DNA from: Gammaproteobacteria bacterium
GTDB taxonomy: Bacteria; Pseudomonadota; Gammaproteobacteria; UBA4575
Direction of reading: 5' to 3'
Length of the DNA stretch: 64,000 bases
NCBI GenBank assembly: GCA_965243395.1
Contig: CBDEUS010000002.1
Span: 64,001 to 128,000 of the forward strand
Below are positions 22,501-31,046 of this stretch, in pieces (within the stretch, counting starts at the first letter, position 1; every line of letters begins with the position of its first letter). Below the pieces are notes generated by a model that did no database searches, was not told where the DNA came from, and saw only the letters and a program-made list of their open reading frames with translations. The position numbers and the translations under genes are program-made.

Positions 22501-25500
22501 AACCCGCAGGATCTGCACCTGAATCAAGTGTGCCCTTGTCAGAACCTGCGATGGAATTTGGATCCATATCTACAGAGAAGCCAACGGTTTCCCCAGGTTC
22601 AAAACCACCATTAGTATTTACATCAAATAAAAGCTGAAGACCTTCAAAACCTGCAGTACCACCCGCACCTACATAAGGTGCGGGAGCGTTAACACCCGTT
22701 CCACCTGCTGTATCAATCGATAATTCTTTACCGATGGTATCGCCCGCAATCCCAAATGGATCAAATACAGCGTCTGTTAACAAGGCATTCGAAACATCAA
22801 TATCAACTTGGGTAATCTTTTTATTTCCAGTGTTCGTAATTTGGAATGAGTTCGCACCAAAATTTGAACTGTCTACATCGGTTGCGTTTGGAGTAACTGA
22901 AAATTCTGCTGCACCTCCGGAAGGATCGGCTTCACGAATAACAATTGCACTAATTTTTCCATTGTTAACGGATGGGTCAAAAGAAATATCTAGTGTGCCA
23001 TTCGCTCCTGGTGAATAAGTGCCGGGAGCAAGAAATTGAATGGTTTCATTTATATCACCATTGTTCTGCGCAAGAATATCGAGATCATTGATAACTTGCT
23101 GACCTTCTATACTTACATCAAATACACGAGTACCAATTTGATCCTGGAATATTTCTGCAAAGTACAATTCGACCGTGTAATTACCAGGATCGAGTTCAAT
23201 AGAAAATTCAGAAACCGCGGGATCATCACCACCAAAGAAACGTTCTGTTTCAAAGACTGTTCCATCAAAGATCGATTGTATTCCGTTTCCTGGACCCGCA
23301 GCTGTTGCATCATCACCATCTCCATCTGTAAACGGATTTCCCGATGGGAAAGTGAAGTTATTGCCATTTGATGTGCCCATCGTTGGCGCATCCATGCCAC
23401 CACCTTCATTTGCAGCAAAGCTAATACCATCTTGAACTAATGCAGGACCACCCGCGTTTATTGCAGCGACTACTGCGCCTAATGTGACATCATCATCTTG
23501 AATGGTAACCGTGGCACTACCCGTACCGATTTGGGCATTAGCACTTACATTCGTAATATTTACTGTGAAGGTTTCATCTAACTCAACATCCATATCCTGA
23601 AGAATATCGATCAGGAACGTAACGTCTGAAGAACCTCCTGCAATAGAAACAGTATCGGTATAAACCGTGCCATCAAAACTTCCCGAGTTATATTGGTAAT
23701 CTACTCCCGGTGTAATTCCGCCATTAGGAACAATTTCAAAAGTTACATCAACGGTTTCCATTGCCGGCACAGTAATGTTTGTAGCCAATGAGATTTGCAC
23801 TTGCCCATCATTTTCATTGACGGTTTGGTTGCCACTAACAATCGAAACTATTGGATCGGAACTACTACCGAGTTGAATAATTTCAATTCCATTTATAAGT
23901 GGGTTTTCAACTCCATGAATGAAATCAATATCGATAGTGCCATCGGTTACTTGAACAATATTCGATATCATGCCTCCAACTTCATGGCCAAAGAAGCTTG
24001 CGTTATTAGAAAGGTCAATGTCGTCAAGACTTGAAAGAATATTACCTTCAATCGCAACATCGAAAACACGCTGGCCTGGTGAACTTGTACCACTAAAACC
24101 ATTACCCATATAAAGGCGGACCTCATAGAAACCCTGAACTGGAACATCAAACTCCCATTGCATTTCTGTGCCACCGGGTTGATCCCAACGTTCAGTATCG
24201 AAAATTTCCCCAGGAGTTGTAATTGGAACCGTAGCACCAGGATCAACTGCAGGAAATGCTGCTGTATTATTACTGCCTGGATCAGCAAGATTAGAATTAT
24301 TTGCAGCAGTCGTATCTACAGCCCAATCTAGTCCACCATCAATTGCAGCAATTTGTGGTCCACCCGCATTTACACGATAGAGTACTGTACTAGTTGAATC
24401 ACCCGTCGCTGTAATTTCAATGTCATCGAAAATAGCCTGGAAGGCATCATCCGTAGATTGACCGTTATTTGTGTTAAACAAACCTATAGCCAACCCAGTG
24501 GTCTGCCCATTCACCATGAAATCACCATTAATAGCATCCAGCACATTTGTACCGGTCAGTGATATAGCACTGCCTGTTATAGGTGTGCTCGTTCCTCCAC
24601 CTGGAAGTTCATAACTTACAGTCGGAGTTGCGGTTTCAGCAGTCGGATCAATTTCTAATTCAAGAAATATTTTATTTAGATTGATGGGTTGATTGGTAAA
24701 TAGATCATCGGCCTGAATGAATGATTCTGTAACACTATCATTGTTTTCAAGTGATACCTGTATCTCACCACTACCATGCTGGATAGCAACAATCTTTAAA
24801 TAATTACTTTGATCACCCGTACCTATGTAACCACCAATTTGTTGGAAGTTACCTGTGAAGCCTCCATCACCTTGCGTTTGTGAAAGACCTGGATTGAATA
24901 CAGTCCATTTAACCGTAAATGTTTCTGCAATTGGCGCAATGGTTACACCGGTATGAAAAATAAATTCACCATTGTTGTTGGCTTCAAATGGATCACCATT
25001 AGAAGCAAATTCAACTACCGTAGTGCCTCCACCTGCTGCAGTGATAAATTTTACGTTGTCTAAATTAATGTCTTGATCGGGACGCGGAGGGTTAGGTGCA
25101 GCTTGGAAAAAGTCTTCAAAATTAGTAGTTCCATTCACCAAGACACCCGTTAAACCACCGCCATAACCATTAGGTCCTGGTAGATTGCCATCTTGATCGG
25201 CATCAAAATCCCATAGATATTGCTGACCGGGGAATACAATTACGGAACCGCCATTACTAGGGTCACGTATAAACGGATCGACTACATTTAAGAGGCCATC
25301 ATTGTCAAAATCGTCTGGATTTGCGGGCGTATCTCCAGGTGCAAAAACTTGAATACTATTTCCACCAATTTCTGCAACCCAAATCGTGCCATCAGGACCT
25401 TCAATTACATCTAGTGGTGTAGAAAGTCCGGTAATCAAAGGGAACACTCCATCGGCGTCAGCAACAAAATCGTCACCGGTGCCAAGAACACCATCATCAC

Positions 25501-26920
25501 CAGGGTCAATAAGTGCTTCTAGAGCAGTACCTGCATCATTTAAATTTAATAGAGAAATATTCCCATTGAATGAAGCCACAAGAAGTGCACCTTGCAAAGC
25601 ACCATCAAAATTATTACTGGTGTATTCGACTAGACCATTACTTGATGAACCAATTGTTGCTAGTGAGAGTGGATTAGCATCCTTCTCTACACGTACACCG
25701 CTTTGATCCAGCCTTGCTTGATCACCGGTAAATTTCGATGGATCAATAATAAATCCGCTTTGTATGTTTACACTTGCTGGCACCAAAGACGATAGATCAG
25801 TAACTGAGTTTGGTGTCACGCTTGTATCGGGCACACCCGAATCATCATATACAAAGAATTCGAGATCTTGATTGGATCGAGTTGGATTTGGGTGACCGTA
25901 GTAACCTCCATCCGTAATTAAAAACAATGCATCCGGATCACCCGAACCACCATTATTTATTGCATCAGTAGGATCACCATTTAAATCCGTTACAGGATCA
26001 CCACCTAAACCACCATTAGATCCGTTATCAAAGGTATAAAGAATACCGTTTTGAGTGAGCACAACATCGTATTGATTACGAAAGCCGTCTGCAAAAATTC
26101 GTAAAGGCGCATCGGATGGGAGAATTGCTTGGTTAAATCCATCATTACCACCAAATGGTCCATTAACATCTAAACCATTTGCATCTTCTCTTACGCCATC
26201 ATTAGCAACACTTGGATCATCTAATGTAGGCAAATCGTAAACATAATCACGCGCCGTTCCACCTTGGCCTCCATCCGCATCGGTTAATACGGTACGCGAG
26301 TTAATGTCGGTTAAATCAATTTCAAGCAGTGTTCCGGAAAGCGCATATTCACTGGTATAAGAGAAAAACTGACTCGGCGCTCCATTATTTGTGTTACCAC
26401 CCACTTGCACATATAACAACGTTCCATCTGCACTTAGCGTTAAACCGTTATTCGAGTGATTTTCTTCAGAACGCGGTAATCCGCGGACAATATCAACCGT
26501 ATCCCATGACCCGGTTTGGTTTTGAGTTACGCGTGTAATAATTCCCGAGTTGGTATCTAAATTAACTTCACCATTTGCTGCAATACGCGGATCACTAGAA
26601 GTGACATAAAGAACAACATTGCCACTTCCATCTTCGGTAACAACTAAACCCGTTACTTGCCGGTTTCCTTCATTAGAATTTGAACCATCGTCATTATGGT
26701 TTTGAATGTTTTGAACAACATCATTACCGTTTGCATCCAATAGCACTTCACTTGCTGTGGCAACGTAGTTACCGTTTTGAAGTTCAACAGTAAATGCAGT
26801 AATGGTTCCGTTTTGTTGAGATACGTAGAGTCGTCCGTCTGGACCAAATTGTAGTGAAGTTGGGTTTCCAATTCCGCCAATAGAACCAACATTAGAAAAA
26901 CTGATAGCCATTGTGCTCAC
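13532..26920 (-). CDS. giant (4462 aa) Ca2+-binding adhesin-like T1SS substrate: N-terminal beta-propeller, 5 malectin, 3 DUF11, Calx-beta/Ig repeats, 3 CBM6/35-like domains
   Basis: NPTSLQFGPDGRLYV propeller blade; five xxNAGG...RVFDVxIEG malectin motifs; ADLELxK DUF11 starts; ATVxIxDDD Calx-beta ends; PVRIQAEDF...RVDYVEF domains; no Sec signal; GGAG RBS before the GTG; divergent T1SS genes. Confidence 0.88.
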   Translation of the reverse strand: MSTMAISFSNVGSIGGIGNPTSLQFGPDGRLYVSQQNGTITAFTVELQNGNYVATASEVLLDANGNDVVQNIQNHNDDGSNSNEGNRQVTGLVVTEDGSGNVVLYVTSSDPRIAANGEVNLDTNSGIITRVTQNQTGSWDTVDIVRGLPRSEENHSNNGLTLSADGTLLYVQVGGNTNNGAPSQFFSYTSEYALSGTLLEIDLTDINSRTVLTDADGGQGGTARDYVYDLPTLDDPSVANDGVREDANGLDVNGPFGGNDGFNQAILPSDAPLRIFADGFRNQYDVVLTQNGILYTFDNGSNGGLGGDPVTDLNGDPTDAINNGGSGDPDALFLITDGGYYGHPNPTRSNQDLEFFVYDDSGVPDTSVTPNSVTDLSSLVPASVNIQSGFIIDPSKFTGDQARLDQSGVRVEKDANPLSLATIGSSSNGLVEYTSNNFDGALQGALLVASFNGNISLLNLNDAGTALEALIDPGDDGVLGTGDDFVADADGVFPLITGLSTPLDVIEGPDGTIWVAEIGGNSIQVFAPGDTPANPDDFDNDGLLNVVDPFIRDPSNGGSVIVFPGQQYLWDFDADQDGNLPGPNGYGGGLTGVLVNGTTNFEDFFQAAPNPPRPDQDINLDNVKFITAAGGGTTVVEFASNGDPFEANNNGEFIFHTGVTIAPIAETFTVKWTVFNPGLSQTQGDGGFTGNFQQIGGYIGTGDQSNYLKIVAIQHGSGEIQVSLENNDSVTESFIQADDLFTNQPINLNKIFLELEIDPTAETATPTVSYELPGGGTSTPITGSAISLTGTNVLDAINGDFMVNGQTTGLAIGLFNTNNGQSTDDAFQAIFDDIEITATGDSTSTVLYRVNAGGPQIAAIDGGLDWAVDTTAANNSNLADPGSNNTAAFPAVDPGATVPITTPGEIFDTERWDQPGGTEMQWEFDVPVQGFYEVRLYMGNGFSGTSSPGQRVFDVAIEGNILSSLDDIDLSNNASFFGHEVGGMISNIVQVTDGTIDIDFIHGVENPLINGIEIIQLGSSSDPIVSIVSGNQTVNENDGQVQISLATNITVPAMETVDVTFEIVPNGGITPGVDYQYNSGSFDGTVYTDTVSIAGGSSDVTFLIDILQDMDVELDETFTVNITNVSANAQIGTGSATVTIQDDDVTLGAVVAAINAGGPALVQDGISFAANEGGGMDAPTMGTSNGNNFTFPSGNPFTDGDGDDATAAGPGNGIQSIFDGTVFETERFFGGDDPAVSEFSIELDPGNYTVELYFAEIFQDQIGTRVFDVSIEGQQVINDLDILAQNNGDINETIQFLAPGTYSPGANGTLDISFDPSVNNGKISAIVIREADPSGGAAEFSVTPNATDVDSSNFGANSFQITNTGNKKITQVDIDVSNALLTDAVFDPFGIAGDTIGKELSIDTAGGTGVNAPAPYVGAGGTAGFEGLQLLFDVNTNGGFEPGETVGFSVDMDPNSIAGSDKGTLDSGADPAGWDIGGVSGAELIGSTFTITFEDGTTATGQLQGNGTQGGATGQASQDISVMEPVLTVNGLTEGGVGTYNGSPTVTINGPAGQTARVVLMKGFIQPGENNFSEPFASQLDAQLNALVASNSPINNAVEFQTVDVLLDGTDQDISNLFDVSQLLNGETVGGGGFTDALVDQLPLVFATSVIDPNNSNLPTSSVSDPIFLQYTDILPADLELTKTANNSTPIIGEQITFTLTVDNNGTGDATGVQVEDILPAGYTFVSAEGDGTYDDSTGIWDVGAVANGASVSHAITVTVNEILSPRVETPLFRVNAGGTNQVATDASAPDWAVDTDGSPFPGRTGGNQFGNENGAPTFDLSLLPSGDPAPEVVFETERFGNQQWDFAVANGDYEVELYFAEIFATAAGSRVFDVSIEGNTVLDNYDIFADAASQTGGSGQNVAVVKSFDINVVDGNIDIDFTTIVDNAKISAIAINALDPGGDIVTQAYDNYAQILSSDVLDPDSTPGDDSVGDDDDVTTPVTPDNTADLELVKSVSNDTPVLGEQITFTLTVNHVSGSDTSNVTVQDILPDGFTYVSDDSSGDYDSSTGIWTIGDLANGGVATLNIDVTVNAPEVPPAEVVLYRVNAGGPQISAIDGGLDWAADTAAANNTNLINAGSNDTGAFPVSAGTTVPPTTPSNIFSTERWDNSNDAAGEMLWAFDVPDDGFYEVRLYMGNGFNGTSQPGQRVFDVEIEGSVLPNLDDVDLSDQFGHQVGGLISNVVEITDGTIDIEFIHGVENTLVNGIEIIQINDTTPVVPDYTNFAQILTSDRADPDSTPGNGAALEDDDSTVVVTPDITADLELTKTVSDSTPAFGDTVTFTLTVDHVDVSGSNASGVSVQDLLPDGFTYISDNGGGDYNPITGVWTIGDIASGASASLEITAVVNDPRPIVLAVNAGGPALVQDGINFDADTGFLNGNIFSDTGGGGANGDQTIFDGTVYETERWFDPLQFSAPLAAGDYAVDLYFAEIFANPPSGGRVFDVSIEGQQILTDFDILALNGEDINVPIVVNVPGTFDPSDFGDLNNLDITFDASVDNAKVSAIVIRDASQSVLDFDNYAQILTSDLADPDSTPGDDSVGDDDDATVMVLPTSTGQNEATILAITDAEEPNINGQFVVSLEEAASVETTINYTVAGSATGGDDYTALSGTVVIAQGTTSAPIDVLVLDDLEVEGLEDVIVTLTSATGDPSVVIGTSNNSATVNIIDNDVPNELSIINNGDASEPDVDGQFLVSLSQIATTNTIITYTVDVTSSATAGSDYTALTGTVTILAGQLTAPIDVEVIDDLELEGSEDVIVTLNGVTGDANISIGATDTATVNIGDDDVPNEVSIANNGDAAEPDVNGQFLVSLTAIAQTNTVVTYTVDDVSAGAATPGVDYTALTGTVIIPAGSLSAPIDVTVIDDSDIEGLENVTVTLTNVTGDANVSIGTTDTATVNIADDDANIGATITMSGGDTTFGNDKIQIVNTSDPGVQIINVQFDIASAVLSTGLDVNGEFLGAVWDPTGEAGDAGSQGIIINPGIGNVAGFLDQNGVPVVAPGNTTTSPYPFSNQLLGGDNGQPGGYQFMDLNFNSFDAGDTFLFGVDVDPQSIQNASGTGQAGAYSPGEMHGVTATITFEDNNGNQFTETRQLEITGLNSSFAQFDGNGPSAAPTLQVTGLTNGVRRVETLQTTHEVVVSGVNPGDTVELYLLDASGYEKHGGNGTETLPDDLFHANQLDTAPTIASEIADGTGTATFTVNLDTSTDGAVPATVDDLFFLSAGVVNASGVLTSLLSDPAEIKVISFDPVRIQAEDFDSFLRYSTQNNSNADGGQLIAHTGNIANPAFANLNIDSGTGITPGLNDITVGIFDETDGVSTLNVLLNGVQVGTIVYNSTAGTGGPTTQSFRTETISGIDIQLGDVLTLEAFRSGGEPARVDYVDFTPAGPVTPSVSIADAGVLQETGDAGNTTLLFPVTFSPALAGSTTVTYTVDNNGVITTGNTQLFTGDGSISVDVANDDIDNGTENVTVTLTAATNGILLGGTTSGTGMVTEDDIPSIVSIANAGTVQESGDVGNTTLSYAVSFDTPPSGPVTVQYSVDINGSTTTGLTQVIAAVGGIINVDVANDDLDNGTETVTVMLTGITAGDAVIDSGNDTGVGNVTEDDIPSIVSIANAGTVQESGDVGNTTLSYAVSFDTPPSGPVTVQYSVDINGSTTTGLTQVIAAVGGIINVDVANDDLDNGTETVTVMLTGITAGDAVIDSGNDTGVGSVTEDDAPIPPSVVSIGNAGSVQESGDVGNTTLSYAVSFDTPPSGPVTVQYSVDINGSTTTGLTQVIAAVGGIINVDVANDDLDNGTETVTVMLTGITAGDAVIDSGNDTGVGNVTEDDAPIPQDPVRIQAEDFDSFTRYSIQDRPAADEGQLIAHTGNIANPAFANLNIDSGTGIVAGVNDITVGIFDETDGVSTLNVLLNGVQVGTIVYDSTAGTGGPTTQSFRTETISGIDIQLGDVLTLEAFRSGGEPARVDYVEFTPTGPVTPSISIANAGTVQESGDVGNTTLSYAVSFDTPPSGPVTVQYSVDINGSTTTGLTQVIAAVGGIINVDVANDDLDNGTETVTVMLTGITAGDAVIDSGNDTGVGSVTEDDAPIPPSVVSIGNAGSVQESGDVGNTTLSYAVSFDTPPSGPVTVQYSVDINGSTTTGLTQVIAAVGGIINVDVANDDLDNGTETVTVMLTGITAGDAVIDSGNDTGVGNVTEDDAPIPQDPVRIQAEDFDSFTRYSIQDRPAADEGQLIAHTGNIANPAFANLNIDSGTGIVAGVNDITVGIFDETDGVSTLNVLLNGVQVGTIVYDSTAGTGGPTTQSFRTETISGIDIQLGDVLTLEAFRSGGEPARVDYVEFTPAAGSAMSASLAVGGTQQVQLLMEDDGAFDFSNLQTLQSSQQQMTQNNLNANQSNIINLQPVIQNSPIDPDMDESLVDPAVDNAIEMF
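13797..16340. repeat. near-identical intragenic tandem duplications (1107-bp block x2; 330-339-bp unit x5)
   Basis: Identical antisense ORFs recur at offsets of 1107 (14114/15221), 339 (15594/15933) and 330 (15933/16263). Confidence 0.92.
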
Positions 26921-27073
26921 TCCTTGTAGAAGTAATTAGCAGCGCGATAACTGCAATTACTACGCTTAATAATACTTGGAGGAGTTACAGGGCTAAGCGG
27001 GCTATAAAAAATTAAACTGTAATTAACTTTTAAATTATTAACTACGAACTTAAAAACAATTTATTGCAGCCTC

Positions 27074-27123
27074 TACATACTATTTGTACATACTATTTGT
27101 ACATACTATTTGTACATACTATT
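27074..27123. repeat. 13-bp tandem repeat TACATACTATTTG x ~3.8
   Basis: Read directly in the adhesin/T1SS divergent intergenic region. Confidence 0.92.
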
Positions 27124-27394
27124 AGCGCCTATAAAATAAAGCATTGTCCCCTCCTTCAGCATCATTAAAAAAACCGTATTAAACAAAAGTAATTTAATAC
27201 GATAACAGTTTTATTTTTATTGAGTTTTGATAATACTTCGTTAAAAAACTCAATCAACGGTATTTTTATTGATGAATTATAGATAAAAACGATATTTTTT
27301 TTATTAACTAATCATCTTATAAGTTAGTAATACCACATAGTGACAGTTAGTTATCTTGAATATAAGTATTAGTCCACAAAAATTTAATGAAGAA

Positions 27395-27410
27395 TGTGTT
27401 CTGTTTCACA
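27395..27410. promoter_or_regulatory. possible CRP/Vfr-type site
   Basis: TGTGT-TCTGTT-TCACA, 9/10 match to TGTGA-N6-TCACA. Confidence 0.4.
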
Positions 27411-27647
27411 GTTAAAAGTTTCTAAATCAACGCTAATTAGTGAGTTATTAGCACGCGGCTACTAGACGCGATAATTATAATTTATAAAGCTAATATTACT
27501 TTTAGAGAATCAAATAAGAAGTAATCTTTCATACTACAATTAAATTTTTTATCTAAGGAGATAGATTTAATACAAATAATTTTTAACGATCATTATTTTT
27601 ATGAATCGTCTAGTCAGGATTAGTTGAAGAACAGTTAAGGGGCAAAA

Positions 27648-29396
27648 ATGCAAGAAGGCAAGATTGCTAAAGATGCAAAAATGGCAAACGTGCTGAAATC
27701 CGTGCGCAGCATTCTTATATATGCCGCAGGGCTAAGCTTTTTTGTCAACTTGCTAATGCTAACCGGTCCACTGTATATGCTACAGATTTACGACCGTGTG
27801 TTATCCAGTCGATCATATGAAACATTGACTGTGCTGACAGGTTTAATCTTAGTTCTATTTGCCGCAATGGCATTGATTGATTTTACGCGAAGTGCATTGC
27901 TTGCACGCGCAGGCACAACATTTGAAAATGACTTGAAATCTATTGCTTTCGACTCCGCAATGGATATCGCACGCACAGGCTCATCAAAAAAAATTAACCA
28001 CAACGCAGTTGAAGAACCATTAAAGGATTTGCGCCAAGTACGTCAATTTATGAGCGGACCAGGATTAACCGCTGTTTTTGATGCGCCTTGGACACCTTTT
28101 TTTATAGGCGTTATTTTTTTAATGCATCCATTATTGGGTTGGGTCGCATTAGCTGGCTTATTCATACTATTAGCACTGGTACTTTTAAATCAAAATTCTA
28201 CTCAGCAAACCAATCTTCATGCACAAACAAAAGTTAATGAAGCTGACAACCTCGCAATTGCTACATTAAAGAATGCTGCTGCAACCGACGCAATGGGAAT
28301 GCGCAGCGCATTAAAAAATCGTTGGCTTACGCTTGGTTCTGATGCATCAAATAGCTCATTAATTTCTAACGACAGAATTAGTGGCTTCACAGCCTCCACT
28401 AAAGCCGTACGTCTTTTTCTGCAGTCTGCAATTCTAGGTACAGGTGCCTATTTGGCCATTCAAGGAATTGTTACACCCGGAGTAATGATCGCAGCATCTA
28501 TCATAGCGGGGCGAGCACTAGCACCTGTAGAGATTGTCACCAGTCAATGGAGAAATTTTGCATTAGCCGGATTCGCATATCAGCGATTGTGTTCTCGTAT
28601 TGGAGATATTAATGAATCACCAGTACGCACTAGTTTGCCTGCACCTACTGGTGCGCTCTCGGTTAATCATTTATTTTGCCAACCACACGGTGCGAAAAAA
28701 CCCATCATAAAAGATGTAAATTTTTCTTTAGAAGCAGGTGAAGTTTTAGGAATAATTGGTCCAACCGCTGCAGGCAAAACAACTTTAGCAAGAGCTTTAG
28801 TAGGAGTTGAAAATGTTACGAGCGGCGAAGTTCGGCTCGATGGTGCAGATATTACACAATGGGACAAGAATGAGTTAGGCACTCACCTTGGGTTTTTACC
28901 ACAAGAAGTAGAACTTTTCAGCGGGACCGCTGCAGCTAACATTGCACGATTTACGGATCAACCTTGCGATAAAGAAATTATTGCCGCCGCCAAAGCTGCA
29001 GGCGCGCACGAGATGATACTAAATTTTGAAAATGGTTATGACACTGAAATTGGCGACCAAGGTAAACATTTATCTGCGGGTCAACGACAACGTTTGGCAT
29101 TAGCGCGAGCACTATTTGGTAACCCAACTTTTGTTGTGCTGGACGAACCTAATGCAAATCTAGATTCTATGGGTGATGCTGCATTAGCAAATGCAATTCA
29201 TGGTTTAAAAATGCGGAAAGCGACTACAATAATTATTGCTCATCGTCCTGCTGCAATTGCAGGTGCAGATAAACTTTTACTATTGTCTGATGGAATGATG
29301 CAATCTTTGGGTACTCGAGACGAAATTTTGCAACAACTTGCGCCAAAAAAAGTTACGCCTTATAGGGGAACAAATAAAGCAGGTGTACAAATATGA
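27648..29396 (+). CDS. type I secretion ABC permease/ATPase (PrtD/AprD family)
   Basis: LYMLQIYDRVLSSRS, FDAPW, GPTAAGKTT Walker A, LSAGQRQR, LDEPNANLD. Confidence 0.94.
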   Translation: MQEGKIAKDAKMANVLKSVRSILIYAAGLSFFVNLLMLTGPLYMLQIYDRVLSSRSYETLTVLTGLILVLFAAMALIDFTRSALLARAGTTFENDLKSIAFDSAMDIARTGSSKKINHNAVEEPLKDLRQVRQFMSGPGLTAVFDAPWTPFFIGVIFLMHPLLGWVALAGLFILLALVLLNQNSTQQTNLHAQTKVNEADNLAIATLKNAAATDAMGMRSALKNRWLTLGSDASNSSLISNDRISGFTASTKAVRLFLQSAILGTGAYLAIQGIVTPGVMIAASIIAGRALAPVEIVTSQWRNFALAGFAYQRLCSRIGDINESPVRTSLPAPTGALSVNHLFCQPHGAKKPIIKDVNFSLEAGEVLGIIGPTAAGKTTLARALVGVENVTSGEVRLDGADITQWDKNELGTHLGFLPQEVELFSGTAAANIARFTDQPCDKEIIAAAKAAGAHEMILNFENGYDTEIGDQGKHLSAGQRQRLALARALFGNPTFVVLDEPNANLDSMGDAALANAIHGLKMRKATTIIIAHRPAAIAGADKLLLLSDGMMQSLGTRDEILQQLAPKKVTPYRGTNKAGVQI

Positions 29397-30718
29397 ATTC
29401 TGCTGCTAATACAAACGCTGTACCTAAACCGAAAGGAATTGGTTTTTTTGTTGTCTTTGGATTTAGTGTAGTAGCAAGTGTATTTGGTGGATTATTACTT
29501 TGGTCATTGTTGGCACCCATTGATGGTGCGGTTTTAGCTGTTGGACAAGTTGCGGTAGAAAGTAATCGCAAAGCTGTACAGCATTTAGAAGGTGGTGTTA
29601 TTGGTGAAATTTTTGTGCGAGAAGGAGATGCTGTAATAGCTGGTCAAACGGTTGCGCGTTTGGACGATACTATGCAAAAAGCGAATGTAGCACTCATAGA
29701 TGGTCAATTAAGTGAACATTATGCAAGACGTGCGCGACTTGAAGCCGAACGCGATGGATTGGAAACAATGACTTTACCTAGAGGAAATGAAGCTGTTCTA
29801 AACTTACCTCAATTCAACGAAAAACTTGACGGCCAACAATCTCTTTTTATTGCACGTCGAACAACACGTTTAACTCAGAAAAATTTACTTCAAAAACGCA
29901 TTGATCAACAACAAGAGCGTATCAGTGGTCTTAAAGTTGAAATGAAATCTTTTGAGGAACGTCTTACGCTTTCTCAAAATGAACTTGTTGATATGCGTGA
30001 TTTACATGAAAAAGGTTATGTATCTAACACAAGAATGATGGAGCTTGAACGGGAAGGTAAAAGTCTGGAAGGTGAACGCGGATCATTACGTGCAGATATC
30101 GCTGAAGCACGTGGCATTATTGCTGAAGCGGAACTTGAAATAGAACGATTAGCAGAAACAGTACGTGAAGAAGCAATTGAAGAATTACGTGAAACTGAAG
30201 TATCTATTGCCGAATTAGAAGAACGACGTATCACCGCAATCGAAACATTAACGCGTACGGATATTAAAGCACCTCAATCTGGTCATGTTCTTGGCTTAGC
30301 CGTTCACACAATTGGGGGTGTAATTGGAGCTGGTGATCCTTTAATGGAAATCGTACCAGTAGGAGATCGGCTTCAAGTTACAGCAAGAATAGCGGCACAG
30401 GATGTAGATAAAGTACATTCAGGCCAAGAAACACTATTACGATTTTCGGCATTTGGCTCAACAAATTCGCCTGAAGCTAATGGCAAAGTACGCATCGTAT
30501 CTGCTGATAGTAAAGTTGATGAATTAAGTGGTGAACCCTACTACTTAGTTGAAATTGATATGCCCGAGGCAGAGATTTTAGCAACTGTTCTGGAGGATAA
30601 AACGCTTATTCCCGGTATGCCTGTTGAAGCTTTTATTCGCACCGGATCAAAACCTGCTATTAGTTATTTGTTAAAACCACTGACGGATGCTTTTGCTCGA
30701 TCATTACGAGAAGACTAA
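29393..30718 (+). CDS. HlyD/PrtE-family T1SS membrane fusion protein
   Basis: VQHLEGGVIGEIFVREGD, long coiled coil, IKAPQSG, LIPGMPVEAFI, YLLKP. Confidence 0.94.
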   Translation: MNSAANTNAVPKPKGIGFFVVFGFSVVASVFGGLLLWSLLAPIDGAVLAVGQVAVESNRKAVQHLEGGVIGEIFVREGDAVIAGQTVARLDDTMQKANVALIDGQLSEHYARRARLEAERDGLETMTLPRGNEAVLNLPQFNEKLDGQQSLFIARRTTRLTQKNLLQKRIDQQQERISGLKVEMKSFEERLTLSQNELVDMRDLHEKGYVSNTRMMELEREGKSLEGERGSLRADIAEARGIIAEAELEIERLAETVREEAIEELRETEVSIAELEERRITAIETLTRTDIKAPQSGHVLGLAVHTIGGVIGAGDPLMEIVPVGDRLQVTARIAAQDVDKVHSGQETLLRFSAFGSTNSPEANGKVRIVSADSKVDELSGEPYYLVEIDMPEAEILATVLEDKTLIPGMPVEAFIRTGSKPAISYLLKPLTDAFARSLRED

Positions 30719-30764
30719 CGTTTCTAAAAGCAATTCTATATTTGACTTTTCAATGGAGGGAAAT

Positions 30765-31046
30765 ATGGCTACTAAAACAAACCCAAAAACTACTAACTCA
30801 GAAAATAAGTTAGATCAATCAACAAACAATAAAGCTGAAGCTATCACAGAAAATCAGCAAAAAAGAATGACCTTAACTCCTGAACAAGTACAGGTTCTAG
30901 TCATGCGTCAACTAAACCAAGTAAACGCAAAAAAAGATGAGTTAACTATTGCAATTAAACAACTTGGTGACCTTGCTACACAATTAAGCAATATCTGTGC
31001 ACAACAAAACAAAGCGCTCGGTCAATTAAAGACAGAAGAAAAATAA
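30765..31046 (+). CDS. small coiled-coil hypothetical protein (93 aa)
   Basis: GGAGGG RBS before the ATG at 30765; heptad-like C-terminal half. Confidence 0.65.
   Translation: MATKTNPKTTNSENKLDQSTNNKAEAITENQQKRMTLTPEQVQVLVMRQLNQVNAKKDELTIAIKQLGDLATQLSNICAQQNKALGQLKTEEK

Noticed and set aside
27074-27123. Possible CRISPR array
   Set aside because: Contiguous 13-bp units with no spacers and no cas genes
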